A stretch of 64,000 nucleotides of DNA from a virus. Its lineage: Duplodnaviria; Caudoviricetes. The notes beneath the pieces were generated by a model, which saw only the letters and a program-made list of their open reading frames with translations, made no database searches and had not been told where the DNA came from. Positions 20,798 through 31,168 of the stretch are shown in pieces (position 1 is the stretch's first letter; each line of letters begins with the position of its first letter). The stretch spans positions 32,001 through 96,000 of IMG/VR virus record IMGVR_UViG_3300032292_000618; one strand, given 5' to 3'. The position numbers and the translations under genes were made by a program.

Positions 20798-21745
20798 ATG
20801 AGTCGTGACCAATTTCTTTGGGTTGAAAAATATAGACCCAAAACAATTAAAGATTGTATTTTGCCAGATGCCATCAAACAAACATTTCAAAAGTTTGTAG
20901 ATGCTGGAGAAGTTCCAAATCTTCTCCTATCTGGTCCTGCTGGATGTGGTAAGACTACAGTGGCAAAGGCATTGTGTAATGAATTAGGAGTAGATTTTTA
21001 CATCATTAATGGATCAGATGAAGGAAGATTTCTAGATACAGTTAGAAATCAGGCAAAGAATTTTGCATCAACAGTCTCCCTTCAGGGAAATGGAAAACCA
21101 AAAGTTATTATCATTGATGAAGCTGATAATACTACTACTGATGTGCAACTACTTCTTAGAGCTAATATAGAAACTTTTTATAATAATTGTAGATTTATTT
21201 TTACATGTAATTATAAAAATAAGATCATTGATCCTCTCCATTCTAGATGTGCAGTTGTTGATTTTGCTATTAAGACTAAAGAAAAAGTTTCTCTAGCAGA
21301 ATCATTTTTCATTCGTCTGCAGACTATTTTGGATAAAGAATCTGTAAAATATGATCCAAAAGTTATTGCACAACTGATCAATAAGCACTTCCCAGATTGG
21401 AGAAGAGTTTTAAATGAATGTCAAAGATATTCAGTTGGTGGATCTATTGATTCTGCAATCCTTGCATCCTTTAGTAATGTAAAACTAAATGATCTAGTCA
21501 AACATTTGAAGGAAAAGAACTTTGGTGAAGTTCGTAAATGGGTTGTAGAAAATTTGGATAATGATGCAGGCATTGTTCTTCGTAATGTTTATGATGCCTT
21601 GTATGATAAATTAGATGGTTCTGGAATTGCTGCTGCAGTTCTTATTATTGCTAAGTACCAGTACCAAAGCGCATTTGTGGCAGACCAAGAAATAAATATT
21701 CTTGCTGCCCTTACAGAAATTATGGTGGAGTGTAATTTTAAATGA
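20798..21745 (+). CDS. gp44: Clamp loader large subunit (gp44)
   Basis: LWVEKYRP, GPAGCGKTT, IIDEAD, LHSRC. Confidence 0.96.
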   Translation: MSRDQFLWVEKYRPKTIKDCILPDAIKQTFQKFVDAGEVPNLLLSGPAGCGKTTVAKALCNELGVDFYIINGSDEGRFLDTVRNQAKNFASTVSLQGNGKPKVIIIDEADNTTTDVQLLLRANIETFYNNCRFIFTCNYKNKIIDPLHSRCAVVDFAIKTKEKVSLAESFFIRLQTILDKESVKYDPKVIAQLINKHFPDWRRVLNECQRYSVGGSIDSAILASFSNVKLNDLVKHLKEKNFGEVRKWVVENLDNDAGIVLRNVYDALYDKLDGSGIAAAVLIIAKYQYQSAFVADQEINILAALTEIMVECNFK

Positions 21746-22029
21746 ATGTAAAACTTGTTAGATTTTCTTTTGGTCAAGAAGTAATTGCAGAACTTATTGA
21801 AGAGTTCGATACTTATATTATTATTAAGGATGCTCTTGCAGCAGTTCCTACAGGGCAAGGACAACTTGGATTTGTTCCTTGGGCACCAATTATCAGTAAG
21901 ACAGATAATCAATTAACTATTGGCAAATCATTTGTTGTTTATATTGCAACACCAGATGATGATGTCATCAAGTATCATAAAAGTGTTTTTGGTAGAGTCA
22001 TTACTACAGAAAAATCTTTGATTCTATGA
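21742..22029 (+). CDS. Hypothetical protein, probable Sm-like fold
   Basis: VKLVRFSFGQEVIAE, FVPWAP. Confidence 0.6.
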   Translation: MNVKLVRFSFGQEVIAELIEEFDTYIIIKDALAAVPTGQGQLGFVPWAPIISKTDNQLTIGKSFVVYIATPDDDVIKYHKSVFGRVITTEKSLIL

Positions 22030-22235
22030 ACCCTTATAAAATTTCATATAAACATCTAAAAGAACCTGTAGTGAAAACTACTCCAGAAAATGTCAGAGAA
22101 GCAAATGAATGTTTATTTCGTGCTAAAATGACCCTTCCTGCTGCTGCAAACCATTGTGGTATGACGCAGAAGGAAATGAAACTCACATTTTGGGAATATT
22201 TAAAATATCATAAACCTGATTATGAAGGAACTTAA
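22026..22235 (+). CDS. Conserved cyanophage hypothetical protein
   Basis: 69 aa, overlaps both neighbours. Confidence 0.6.
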   Translation: MNPYKISYKHLKEPVVKTTPENVREANECLFRAKMTLPAAANHCGMTQKEMKLTFWEYLKYHKPDYEGT

Positions 22236-23052
22236 GACACCATTACGCTACCCTGGAGGAAAATCCAGAGCAGTGCAAAAACTAGCACAATACTTTCCTA
22301 ATCTTAGAGATTGTTATGGAGAGTTTCGTGAACCATTTCTTGGCGGTGGAAGTGTTGCAATTTACATCACCAAGATGTTTCCTTTGTTAGATATTTGGGT
22401 AAATGACCTTTATGAACCATTGGTAAACTTCTGGCAGCAACTCCAGATGTTTGGATATGATCTACAGAGCGAATTAGTTGATTGTAAACTTGCTTACAAT
22501 ACTCCAGAATTAGCAAGAGAATTATTTACAAAGTCAAAGGAGCATATCAATGATGAGTCTGAAACTAACTTTAATCGTGCTGTCGCTTTCTATATTGTTA
22601 ACAAATGTTCTTTTAGTGGTCTTACCGAAAGTTCATCTTTTTCTGCACAAGCAAGTAGTTCCAATTTCTCCTTGAGGGGAATCTACAAATTGCGAGAATA
22701 CTCAGAGTTGATTGCAAATTGGCGTATTACTAATTACTCCTATGATTACCTCATGGATGGAGACACAGGTGCTTTTATGTATCTTGACCCTCCTTATGAT
22801 ATTAAGGATAATCTCTATGGGAACAGAGGATCAATGCACAAAGGATTTGATCACGATAAGTTTGCTGCTGATTGTGATTCTAATAATATGGATATGATGG
22901 TCAGTTATAATTCAACTCAGTTGATCAAAGAAAGATTTAATACATGGAAAGCAATTGAATTTGCTCATACTTATACTATGAGATCAGTTGGAGAATACAT
23001 GAAAGACCAACATGAACGAAAAGAATTAGTTCTTATTAATTATGAAGTATGA
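22222..23052 (+). CDS. dam: DNA adenine methyltransferase (Dam/D12 class)
   Basis: LRYPGGKS, EPFLGGGSV, YLDPPY. Confidence 0.9.
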   Translation: MKELKTPLRYPGGKSRAVQKLAQYFPNLRDCYGEFREPFLGGGSVAIYITKMFPLLDIWVNDLYEPLVNFWQQLQMFGYDLQSELVDCKLAYNTPELARELFTKSKEHINDESETNFNRAVAFYIVNKCSFSGLTESSSFSAQASSSNFSLRGIYKLREYSELIANWRITNYSYDYLMDGDTGAFMYLDPPYDIKDNLYGNRGSMHKGFDHDKFAADCDSNNMDMMVSYNSTQLIKERFNTWKAIEFAHTYTMRSVGEYMKDQHERKELVLINYEV

Positions 23053-23428
23053 ATTGAAAGATTGGTTGAATTCAATTAATCAAACTAAAAAACATATTAT
23101 GGATGAAGATCCTTCTTCTACTAAAGAGTACTCTCCATATATTATTAACAAGTGTTTATCTGGTCACATTGATTGTCTGATGTATGTTAATGAACTCAAT
23201 AAGAATCATTCATTAGACAAAAAGTTACAATATGATTTTCTTATAAATATTCTCAGGATCAAAAAGAGATATTCTCCTTGGATTCGTAAGGATAAACTTA
23301 AAGATATTGATTTAGTTAAATCTTACTATGGGTATAGTAAAGATAAAGCAGAACAAGCTTTGAAAATTCTGACTAAAGACCAACTTAATTTTATAACACA
23401 GAAACTTGAAATTGGAGGAACAAAATGA
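23042..23428 (+). CDS. gp62: Clamp loader small subunit (gp62)
   Basis: LKDWLNSIN, QYDFL, VKSYYGYS. Confidence 0.92.
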   Translation: MKYELKDWLNSINQTKKHIMDEDPSSTKEYSPYIINKCLSGHIDCLMYVNELNKNHSLDKKLQYDFLINILRIKKRYSPWIRKDKLKDIDLVKSYYGYSKDKAEQALKILTKDQLNFITQKLEIGGTK

Positions 23429-23865
23429 GTGTTGTTCAAGAACCTGAAGTGAATTGGACTCCAGACCAAATGGTGGAAGTAGTCCTAAATGAACCCGATG
23501 ACTTTTTGAAGGTTCGTGAGACACTTACTCGTATTGGAGTAGCATCTAGAAAGGAAAAAAAGATTTATCAATCTTGCCATATTCTACATAAGCAAGGTAG
23601 ATATTATCTGGTGCATTTCAAAGAGTTGTTTGCTCTTGATGGCAAACATGCAAATCTTACTGTCAATGATGTTCAGAGACGTAATAGGATTGCACAACTT
23701 CTTGCTGATTGGGGATTAATTACTATTGTAGATGTAAATAAAATTTCTGATATTGCCCCACTTAACCAGATTAAAGTCCTTTCATATAAGGAAAAAAATG
23801 AATGGACTCTTGAGACCAAATATAATATTGGGTCAAAAAAGAAAAAGGTAGAGGTAACAGAATAA
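23425..23865 (+). CDS. regA: Translational repressor RegA
   Basis: DDFLKVRETLTRIG, CHILHKQGRYYLVHFKELF. Confidence 0.97.
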   Translation: MSVVQEPEVNWTPDQMVEVVLNEPDDFLKVRETLTRIGVASRKEKKIYQSCHILHKQGRYYLVHFKELFALDGKHANLTVNDVQRRNRIAQLLADWGLITIVDVNKISDIAPLNQIKVLSYKEKNEWTLETKYNIGSKKKKVEVTE

Positions 23866-23871
23866 TTTTGT

Positions 23872-23895
23872 AGGGGGTTCAACACCCCCTTTTTT
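23872..23895 (+). terminator. Terminator after regA
   Basis: AGGGGGT-TCAAC-ACCCCCT followed by a T run. Confidence 0.75.
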
Positions 23896-23918
23896 ATTGA
23901 ATGTGTTATAATTAGTAT

Positions 23919-23964
23919 TGGATGCCTTAGGGGTCCACAAAACACAAACTCGCTTTTTAAGGAG
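23919..23964 (+). promoter_or_regulatory. Structured hsp20 5' UTR; candidate ROSE-like RNA thermometer
   Basis: Hairpin TGGATGCC-TTAG-GGGTCCA, then CTCGCTT-TTT-AAGGAG pairing over the SD. Confidence 0.5.
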
Positions 23965-23973
23965 ATTACTATA

Positions 23974-24408
23974 ATGACAAGTCTTGCTAGATACACTGCG
24001 TCTGATCTTCCTACACTAATGGATAAGATTACACGCAATAGTATTGGACTGGATGAATACTTTGATCGCTTATTTAATCTACATGAAACTTCTTCAAATT
24101 ATCCACCGTATAATCTGATTCAAGTTAGTGCTGTAGAATCTAGACTTGAATTAGCACTTGCAGGATTTAAGAAATCTGAAATTACAGTTTACACTGAGTA
24201 TGGTAAACTATTTGTAGAAGGTGATAGAGAAGATAAAGGATCTTCAGATTCTTATATTCATAGAGGAGTTGGACAAAGATCCTTTAAGAGGGCATGGTCA
24301 CTTTCTGATGATACAGAAGTTAGAGAAGTAATTTTTGAAGATGGACTACTTACCATTACACTAGGAAAAGTTGTTCCTGAACATCATGCTCGTAAAAATT
24401 ATCTATAA
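23974..24408 (+). CDS. hsp20: Small heat-shock protein (Hsp20/IbpA-like)
   Basis: NYPPYNL, ALAGF, FEDGLL. Confidence 0.95.
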   Translation: MTSLARYTASDLPTLMDKITRNSIGLDEYFDRLFNLHETSSNYPPYNLIQVSAVESRLELALAGFKKSEITVYTEYGKLFVEGDREDKGSSDSYIHRGVGQRSFKRAWSLSDDTEVREVIFEDGLLTITLGKVVPEHHARKNYL

Positions 24409-24411
24409 ATA

Positions 24412-24472
24412 TTATTGAATATCGTCGCCGCTGGGGGAAGGATGACTAAGACCATCCTGTTCCCCCCTTTTT
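24412..24472 (+). ncRNA. Candidate short late RNA ending in a long terminator hairpin
   Basis: TATAAATA at 24404, ATATCGTCGCCGC, then GGGGGAA-GGATG...CATCC-TG-TTCCCCC and a T run. Confidence 0.45.
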
Positions 24473-24495
24473 ATAAATACCTATAAAAAGGATTA

Positions 24496-25215
24496 ATGAA
24501 GAATTATAAGACTTTCCTTGAAGAATCAATATCATTTAGAGTTCATGATAAATTAAATCCTGCTTTCTGGAATGGGGAAAAAATAAAACCAGAGGTAAGA
24601 TCTCATTTGTTAAAAGTTGCTCAGGCTTGGGCAGATTTTGTTGATATAAAGAAGTCAAAGGTTAAAGACATTCTTCTTCTTGGTGGAAATGCTGGATATA
24701 ATTATACTAAGTACTCTGATTTAGATCTTCATATAGTTGCTGATACAAAATCTTGCCCAGATGTAATGTCTGATTACTATCAGGCCAAGAAGCAACTTTG
24801 GTCTTTGACTCATAATGTAAAAGTGTATGGACATGATGTAGAACCATATGTTGAAGAGCCTGGGAAGGATAGAAGAAAAAGTCAAGGAGTCTTTTCTTTA
24901 AAGTCAAATAAATGGTTAATTAAACCTGAAAAGTTTTCTGGAGAACTGGACAAGGACTTGCTAAATCAGAAGGTCAATGATATGATTGGTAAGATCAATA
25001 GGTCTATCCAGTCATCAAACAATGAGGAGGTTTTAGAAAAACTTCTGAAAAAAATTAGAGATATGAGAAACTCTGGGTTGGATAAAGCAGGAGAATATGC
25101 CTTTGAAAATCTTGTTTTTAAAGAACTTAGAAATAAGGGGTATATAGATAAACTTGCAACCTATATTTTAAAACTGCAAGATAAATCACTTACATTGGAG
25201 AACTATGTCAGTTAA
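24496..25215 (+). CDS. Pol-beta-superfamily nucleotidyltransferase-like protein
   Basis: LLGGNAGYNYTKYSDLDLH (G[SG]..DxD) and later VEPYVE; own late promoter at 24472. Confidence 0.75.
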   Translation: MKNYKTFLEESISFRVHDKLNPAFWNGEKIKPEVRSHLLKVAQAWADFVDIKKSKVKDILLLGGNAGYNYTKYSDLDLHIVADTKSCPDVMSDYYQAKKQLWSLTHNVKVYGHDVEPYVEEPGKDRRKSQGVFSLKSNKWLIKPEKFSGELDKDLLNQKVNDMIGKINRSIQSSNNEEVLEKLLKKIRDMRNSGLDKAGEYAFENLVFKELRNKGYIDKLATYILKLQDKSLTLENYVS

Positions 25216-25510
25216 ACTTTTGATTCTTAAATCATACGAAGATGTTATTGCTGATGTCAAAGAAATGATGTCTGGCGATAAAGTAATTGGTTATTTGCTC
25301 AATAATCCATTTATTACTAAACTAGAGCAAGGTCTAGAAGGTGAATCTGCAAAGGTAAGTTTTTACCCATATGCAGCATTGTCAAAGCAAAAGGAAATTC
25401 CTATTCCTTGTGATTGGGTAGTTTCTATTGTGGAACCTTTGGACGAAGTTAAACAATCTTATTTGGAACAATTTAATGCAGAACCTCAAGATTTTACTCC
25501 TGAAGAATGA
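25205..25510 (+). CDS. Conserved hypothetical protein, probable Sm-like fold
   Basis: VKLLILKSYEDVIAD, DWVVSIVEP. Confidence 0.65.
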   Translation: MSVKLLILKSYEDVIADVKEMMSGDKVIGYLLNNPFITKLEQGLEGESAKVSFYPYAALSKQKEIPIPCDWVVSIVEPLDEVKQSYLEQFNAEPQDFTPEE

Positions 25511-25742
25511 TACTATTTTAGTTACTGAAATTCATGAGGTTGGAGGGGCAGATCTAGGAGAACCTGATTGCAAACTGGTAAATCCTGTTGAGATGGTCAA
25601 AGAACCTTTTGGAGAATATACTGTAAAAAGATGGCCAGACTTTACAGACCAAAAAGAAATTAAGATTCATTCAGATTCTATACTTACTATTGTTGACCCT
25701 AAATCAGATCAAATTGAAAAATACTTGAAGGCTATTAAATGA
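25476..25742 (+). CDS. Conserved hypothetical protein upstream of gp43
   Basis: MQNLKILLLK, GEPDCKLVNP, SDSILTIVDP. Confidence 0.65.
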   Translation: MQNLKILLLKNDTILVTEIHEVGGADLGEPDCKLVNPVEMVKEPFGEYTVKRWPDFTDQKEIKIHSDSILTIVDPKSDQIEKYLKAIK

Positions 25743-28234
25743 AGTTTTACACAAATGTTGTCCTGGTGGGAAATGAAATTCTCTCCAGGGGGTTTTATAA
25801 TGGAGAACATTTTAAAAACAGAGAAACTTTCTATCCCACAATTTATGTAAGCACTAATAAAAAAACAAAATTTAAAACATTAGATGGCAATTTTGTAGGT
25901 GAAGTTAAACCAGGCACAATTCGTGAAACTAGAGAATTTATAGACAAGTATAAAAATGTTGATAACTTTCAACTATACGGAAATACTAGATACATCAATC
26001 AATACATCTCAGATAACTATACAGAAGATGCTATTAAATTTGATATTAGTAAAATCCAACTGATAACCATTGACATTGAGGTTGCATCAGAAAATGGATT
26101 CCCTGATGTTAAAAGTTGTCAAGAAGAACTCTTGACAATTTCCATTCAAGATTATAATACTAAAAATATTATTACTTGGGGAGTTAAACCTTTTGTCAAT
26201 ACTAAACCAAATGTAACTTATATCCTTTGTAAGGATGAGTATGATTTGTTGGATAGATTTCTTTTTTATTGGGACTCAAATCATCCAGATGTTATCACTG
26301 GATGGAATTGTGATCTTTATGATATTCCATATCTATCTGGAAGAATTAATAAAATGTTTGGGGAGAAAGCAGTAAAAAAACTTTCTCCTTGGGGAATAGT
26401 AACAGAAACTGAGGTTGTTATTGCAGGTAGAACTCAAACACGAGTTGAGATTGCTGGCATTACAATTTTGGATTATATGGAACTGTATAAGAAATTTACT
26501 TATACTAATCAGGAATCATATAGACTTGATCATATTGCTAATGTTGAACTAGGACAGAAAAAACTAGATCACTCAGAGTATGATACTTTTAAAGAGTTCT
26601 ATACAAAAAACTGGCAAAAATTTGTAGAATATAACATTGTTGACGTAGAACTAGTAGATAGACTTGAGGATAAGATGCGTCTTATTGAACTTGCTATCAC
26701 TATGGCATATGATGCTAAAAGTAATTACAATGATGTATTCTATCAAGTTAGAATGTGGGATGCCATCATTTACAATTATCTAAGATCTAAAAATGTAGTA
26801 ATCCCTTTCAAAAAAGAATCTAAGAAAGATCAAAGATATGAAGGAGCCTATGTAAAGGATCCAATTATAGGAAAGCATGAGTGGGTGGTTTCATTTGACC
26901 TCAACTCTCTATATCCTCATTTGATTATGCAATATAACATTTCACCAGAAACTTTAGTTGAAGATAGATTCCCTTCAATTTCAGTAGACAAACTTCTTAA
27001 AAAGGAAGTTACCATTCCAGAGAATTATCCATATGCAGTATGTGCTAATGGGGCACAATATAAGAAAGACATTAGAGGATTTCTTCCAGAGTTGATGGAA
27101 AAGATGTACACTGATCGTGTAATCTATAAAAAGAAAATGATTGAAGCAAAACAACAGTATGAAAAAACTCCTACTGTTGAATTGATGAAAGAAATTTCTA
27201 GATGTAACAATATTCAGATGGCAAAGAAAATTTCTTTGAACTCTGCTTATGGTGCTGTTGGTAATGAGTATTTTAGATATTTTCGTATTGAAAATGCTGA
27301 AGCAGTAACTCTTTCTGGACAAGTCTCAATTCGTTGGATTGAGAGTAAGATGAATTTATATCTTAATAAGATTCTTAAAACTAAGGGTGTTGATTATGTT
27401 ATTGCTTCTGATACTGATTCCATCTATCTTAATATGGGTCCTTTGGTTGAAAGTGTATACCAGGGAAGAGAGAAAACTACTGAGGGCATTGTCTCGTTCC
27501 TTGATAAGATCTGTAAGTTGGAATTTGAAAAGTATATTGAAAGTTCTTACCAAGAATTGGCTAAGTATGTAAATGCTTATGACCAAAAGATGCAGATGAA
27601 GAGGGAGAATATTGCAGAAAGAGGAATTTGGACTGCAAAGAAAAGATACATTCTTAATGTTTGGGATAGTGAAGGTGTTCGTTATTCAGAACCTAAACTT
27701 AAAATCATGGGTCTTGAGGCAATTAAATCTTCAACTCCTGCTCCTTGCAGGACAATGATTAAAGAAGCATTCCAGATCATTATGAATAAAACTGAAGATG
27801 ATATGATTGAGTTCATCGATAAGAGTAGAACTAAATTTTACAATCTTCCCCCAGAAGACATTTCTTTCCCTAGGACTGCTAATAATATCAGTAAGTATAG
27901 ATCAGTAAATTCAATCTATGAAAAGGGAACACCTATTCACATTAGAGGGGTATTGCTGTATAATTACTATATTAAAAAAAATAATTTAGATAATAAATAT
28001 CCTGTTATTAATAATGGAGAGAAAATTAAATTCTGTTATTTAAAAGCAGCAAATCCAATACATGAAAATGTATTGTCCTTCATTCAACAATTCCCTAAAG
28101 AGTTAAATCTTAATAAGTATGTTGATTATGAACTTCAATTTGATAAAAGTTTTCTAGATCCACTGAAGACAATCCTTCAATGTATTGGATGGAAAACTGA
28201 AAAAACCAACACATTAGAATCTTTTTTTATATAA
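25739..28234 (+). CDS. gp43: Family B DNA polymerase (gp43)
   Basis: IDIE exonuclease motif, SFDLNSLYP, KISLNSAYG, ASDTDS. Confidence 0.98.
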   Translation: MKFYTNVVLVGNEILSRGFYNGEHFKNRETFYPTIYVSTNKKTKFKTLDGNFVGEVKPGTIRETREFIDKYKNVDNFQLYGNTRYINQYISDNYTEDAIKFDISKIQLITIDIEVASENGFPDVKSCQEELLTISIQDYNTKNIITWGVKPFVNTKPNVTYILCKDEYDLLDRFLFYWDSNHPDVITGWNCDLYDIPYLSGRINKMFGEKAVKKLSPWGIVTETEVVIAGRTQTRVEIAGITILDYMELYKKFTYTNQESYRLDHIANVELGQKKLDHSEYDTFKEFYTKNWQKFVEYNIVDVELVDRLEDKMRLIELAITMAYDAKSNYNDVFYQVRMWDAIIYNYLRSKNVVIPFKKESKKDQRYEGAYVKDPIIGKHEWVVSFDLNSLYPHLIMQYNISPETLVEDRFPSISVDKLLKKEVTIPENYPYAVCANGAQYKKDIRGFLPELMEKMYTDRVIYKKKMIEAKQQYEKTPTVELMKEISRCNNIQMAKKISLNSAYGAVGNEYFRYFRIENAEAVTLSGQVSIRWIESKMNLYLNKILKTKGVDYVIASDTDSIYLNMGPLVESVYQGREKTTEGIVSFLDKICKLEFEKYIESSYQELAKYVNAYDQKMQMKRENIAERGIWTAKKRYILNVWDSEGVRYSEPKLKIMGLEAIKSSTPAPCRTMIKEAFQIIMNKTEDDMIEFIDKSRTKFYNLPPEDISFPRTANNISKYRSVNSIYEKGTPIHIRGVLLYNYYIKKNNLDNKYPVINNGEKIKFCYLKAANPIHENVLSFIQQFPKELNLNKYVDYELQFDKSFLDPLKTILQCIGWKTEKTNTLESFFI

Positions 28235-28237
28235 ACT

Positions 28238-29239
28238 ATGGACTTCCTTAAAGATATTGTAAAAGAAATTGGTGGAGAATACACCCAACTTGCTGCAGAT
28301 ATTGATGAAACTGAAACTTTTGTGGATACAGGTTCGTACATTTTTAATGCTCTTGTATCTGGGAGTATCTTTGGTGGTGTATCTGGTAACAAAATCACTG
28401 CAATCGCAGGTGAAAGTTCTACTGGTAAAACTTTCTTCTCTCTTGCCGTCGTTAAAAATTTTCTTGACAATAACCCTACTGGATATTGTCTGTATTTTGA
28501 TACTGAAGCAGCAATCACCAAATCCCTTTTGGAAAGTAGGGGAGTTGACACAACTCGCCTGGTGGTTGTCAATGTAGTTACAGTTGAAGAGTTTCGTGGA
28601 AAGGCACTCAAGGCACTTGATCTTTATATGAAGAAACCAGAAGGAGAACGCAATCCTTGTATGTTTGTGCTAGACTCTCTGGGAATGCTTTCTACCAGCA
28701 AGGAGATTAATGATGCCCTGAATGACAAAGAAGTTAGGGATATGACTAAATCTCAACTGATTAAAGGTGCATTCCGTATGCTTACCCTTAAGTTGGGTCA
28801 GGCAAAAATTCCTATGATTGTTACCAACCATACATATGATGTTATTGGTGCTTATGTTCCTACTAAAGAGATGGGAGGTGGTAGTGGTCTTAAGTATGCT
28901 GCTTCTACAATCATCTACCTCAGCAAAAAGAAAGAGAAGGATGGAACTGATGTTATTGGAAACATTATCAAAGCAAAGACTCACAAATCACGTTTAAGTA
29001 AAGAGAACCAGGATGTTGAGATTCGTCTTTATTATGATGAAAGAGGTCTTGATCGTTACTATGGTCTTCTGGAACTTGGTGAACTTGGTGGACTCTGGAA
29101 GAATGTAGCAGGTAGATATGAAATTGATGGCAAAAAAATCTATGCCAAAGAGATTCTTAAAACCCCAGAAAAATATTTTACTAATGAAGTAATGCAAGCA
29201 TTGGATGAAGTAGCAAACAAGGAATTTTCATATGGATGA
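28238..29239 (+). CDS. uvsX: RecA-like recombinase UvsX
   Basis: [24 protein letters not shown]. Confidence 0.96.
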   Translation: MDFLKDIVKEIGGEYTQLAADIDETETFVDTGSYIFNALVSGSIFGGVSGNKITAIAGESSTGKTFFSLAVVKNFLDNNPTGYCLYFDTEAAITKSLLESRGVDTTRLVVVNVVTVEEFRGKALKALDLYMKKPEGERNPCMFVLDSLGMLSTSKEINDALNDKEVRDMTKSQLIKGAFRMLTLKLGQAKIPMIVTNHTYDVIGAYVPTKEMGGGSGLKYAASTIIYLSKKKEKDGTDVIGNIIKAKTHKSRLSKENQDVEIRLYYDERGLDRYYGLLELGELGGLWKNVAGRYEIDGKKIYAKEILKTPEKYFTNEVMQALDEVANKEFSYG

Positions 29240-29789
29240 TCTAACTGATTTTATTCATGTTTATGAAGGAGCACTAGATGCTCAAGTATGTGATTTCTTA
29301 ATTGACTTTTTTGATCAAATGACTGATCTTCAGGAAAGAGTTGAGAATGGTGGAAAGCCTAATTTCACTCAAGTAAATTTAACTGCAAATTGTAAAATCT
29401 CTGATCAAGTATCTTCTATACATAATCATCTAATCAAATCTACTGTAGAATACAAAGATAAGTATTATCAATTTGCAGATTCTAGAGTATTCCCACCTTC
29501 ACATGCATTTGAACAATTCAGGATTAAGAAGTATAATCCTGGAGGAGATGATCTGTTTGATACTCATGTAGATGTTATGGACTATGCATCTGCTAGAAGA
29601 TACCTATCATTTTTTTGGTATCTAAATGATGTTGAAGTTGGAGGACAAACAGTATTTAAGGATAAATCTATAACTCCAACTAAAGGATCTCTATTGGTCT
29701 TCCCTCCTCTATGGATGTTCCCTCATAGGGGAGATCCTCCAATTAGTGGACCTAAGTATTTGCTGCACACTTATTTACATTATAAATGA
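29232..29789 (+). CDS. 2OG-Fe(II) oxygenase
   Basis: [25 protein letters not shown]. Confidence 0.9.
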   Translation: MDDLTDFIHVYEGALDAQVCDFLIDFFDQMTDLQERVENGGKPNFTQVNLTANCKISDQVSSIHNHLIKSTVEYKDKYYQFADSRVFPPSHAFEQFRIKKYNPGGDDLFDTHVDVMDYASARRYLSFFWYLNDVEVGGQTVFKDKSITPTKGSLLVFPPLWMFPHRGDPPISGPKYLLHTYLHYK

Positions 29790-31168
29790 TGGAAAAGGTA
29801 GAAACTACTATTTTGAGAAATCTTCTTTTTAATAATGACTTTTGTAGGAAAGTTTTACCTTTTATTAAGACTGAATATTTTGAAAATATTCATGAGAGAA
29901 TAGTATTTGAAGAGATTTGTAATTTTATTGTTTCTTATGATGATCTTGCAACTAAAGAAGTTCTTTTAATTGAAACAGAAAAAAGAACAGATATTACTGA
30001 AGATACTTATAAAACTATTTGCGAGTATATTCATAACTTAGATAATTCTCCAGCAGATAAAAATTGGTTGGTAGACATTACAGAAAGATGGTGTAGAGAC
30101 AGAGCAATTTATCTTGCTCTAATGGAAAGTATTAAAATTGCTGATGGTCAAAATGAAAAAAAATCTAGAGATTCTATTCCATCAATTCTACAAGATGCTC
30201 TAGCAGTTAGTTTTGACAATCATATTGGACACGATTACTTAAATGATTATGAAGAAAGGTATGAATCATATCACAGGAAAGAGGAAAAGATCCCCTTTGA
30301 CTTGGATTATTTTAACAAAATTACAAAAGGTGGTATACCTAATAAGACTCTCAATATCGCTTTGGCTGGCACAGGTGTCGGGAAAAGTTTATTCATGTGC
30401 CATATGGCTAGCTCCGTCCTCTTGCAAGGGCGCAATGTTCTCTACATTACACTTGAAATGGCAGAAGAAAGGATTGCTGAAAGAATTGATGCAAATCTTT
30501 TGAATGTTAATATCAAAGATATTGAAGAACTTCCTAGAAAAGTTTTTGAAACTAAAGTAAATAGCATTAGTAAAAAGACTCAAGGGACCTTAATTATTAA
30601 GGAATACCCTACTGCTTCTGCTCATACAGGACATTTCAAGGCACTCTTAAATGAACTTTCTCTTAAGAAATCATTTAGACCTGATATTATTTTCATTGAC
30701 TACCTTAATATTTGTGCTTCCTCTAGGCATAAAGCAAATAGCTCTGTCAATTCTTATTCATATATCAAATCAATTGCTGAAGAACTTAGAGGTTTGGCAG
30801 TGGAATTCAATGTTCCCATTGTCTCTGCTACCCAGACTACCCGCAGTGGTTATGGGAACTCTGATGTTGAACTTACTGATACTAGTGAGTCCTTTGGTCT
30901 CCCTGCTACTGCTGATCTTATGTTTGCCCTTATTAGCACTGAAGAGTTGGAACAACTTGGGCAGATTATGGTGAAACAATTAAAAAATAGATATAATGAC
31001 CCTACCATCAATAAAAGATTCGTTGTTGGTATTGATAGGGCAAAGATGAGACTCTATGATTGTGAACAGAAAGCTCAAGATAATATTCTTGACTCTGGAC
31101 AAGAAGAAGAGTATAATAATATGGAAGAATCTAAAAAAGACAAATTTTCAGGATTTAAATTCTCATGA
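29786..31168 (+). CDS. gp41: Replicative DnaB-like helicase (gp41)
   Basis: AGTGVGKS, LEMAEE, IDYLN, KQLKNRY. Confidence 0.97.
   Translation: MMEKVETTILRNLLFNNDFCRKVLPFIKTEYFENIHERIVFEEICNFIVSYDDLATKEVLLIETEKRTDITEDTYKTICEYIHNLDNSPADKNWLVDITERWCRDRAIYLALMESIKIADGQNEKKSRDSIPSILQDALAVSFDNHIGHDYLNDYEERYESYHRKEEKIPFDLDYFNKITKGGIPNKTLNIALAGTGVGKSLFMCHMASSVLLQGRNVLYITLEMAEERIAERIDANLLNVNIKDIEELPRKVFETKVNSISKKTQGTLIIKEYPTASAHTGHFKALLNELSLKKSFRPDIIFIDYLNICASSRHKANSSVNSYSYIKSIAEELRGLAVEFNVPIVSATQTTRSGYGNSDVELTDTSESFGLPATADLMFALISTEELEQLGQIMVKQLKNRYNDPTINKRFVVGIDRAKMRLYDCEQKAQDNILDSGQEEEYNNMEESKKDKFSGFKFS

Noticed and set aside
24421-24429. ATCGTCGCC complementarity to a GGCGACGAT stretch recalled from bacterial 16S rRNA
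   Set aside because: A 9-nt match is expected by chance, and the host rRNA sequence is unknown
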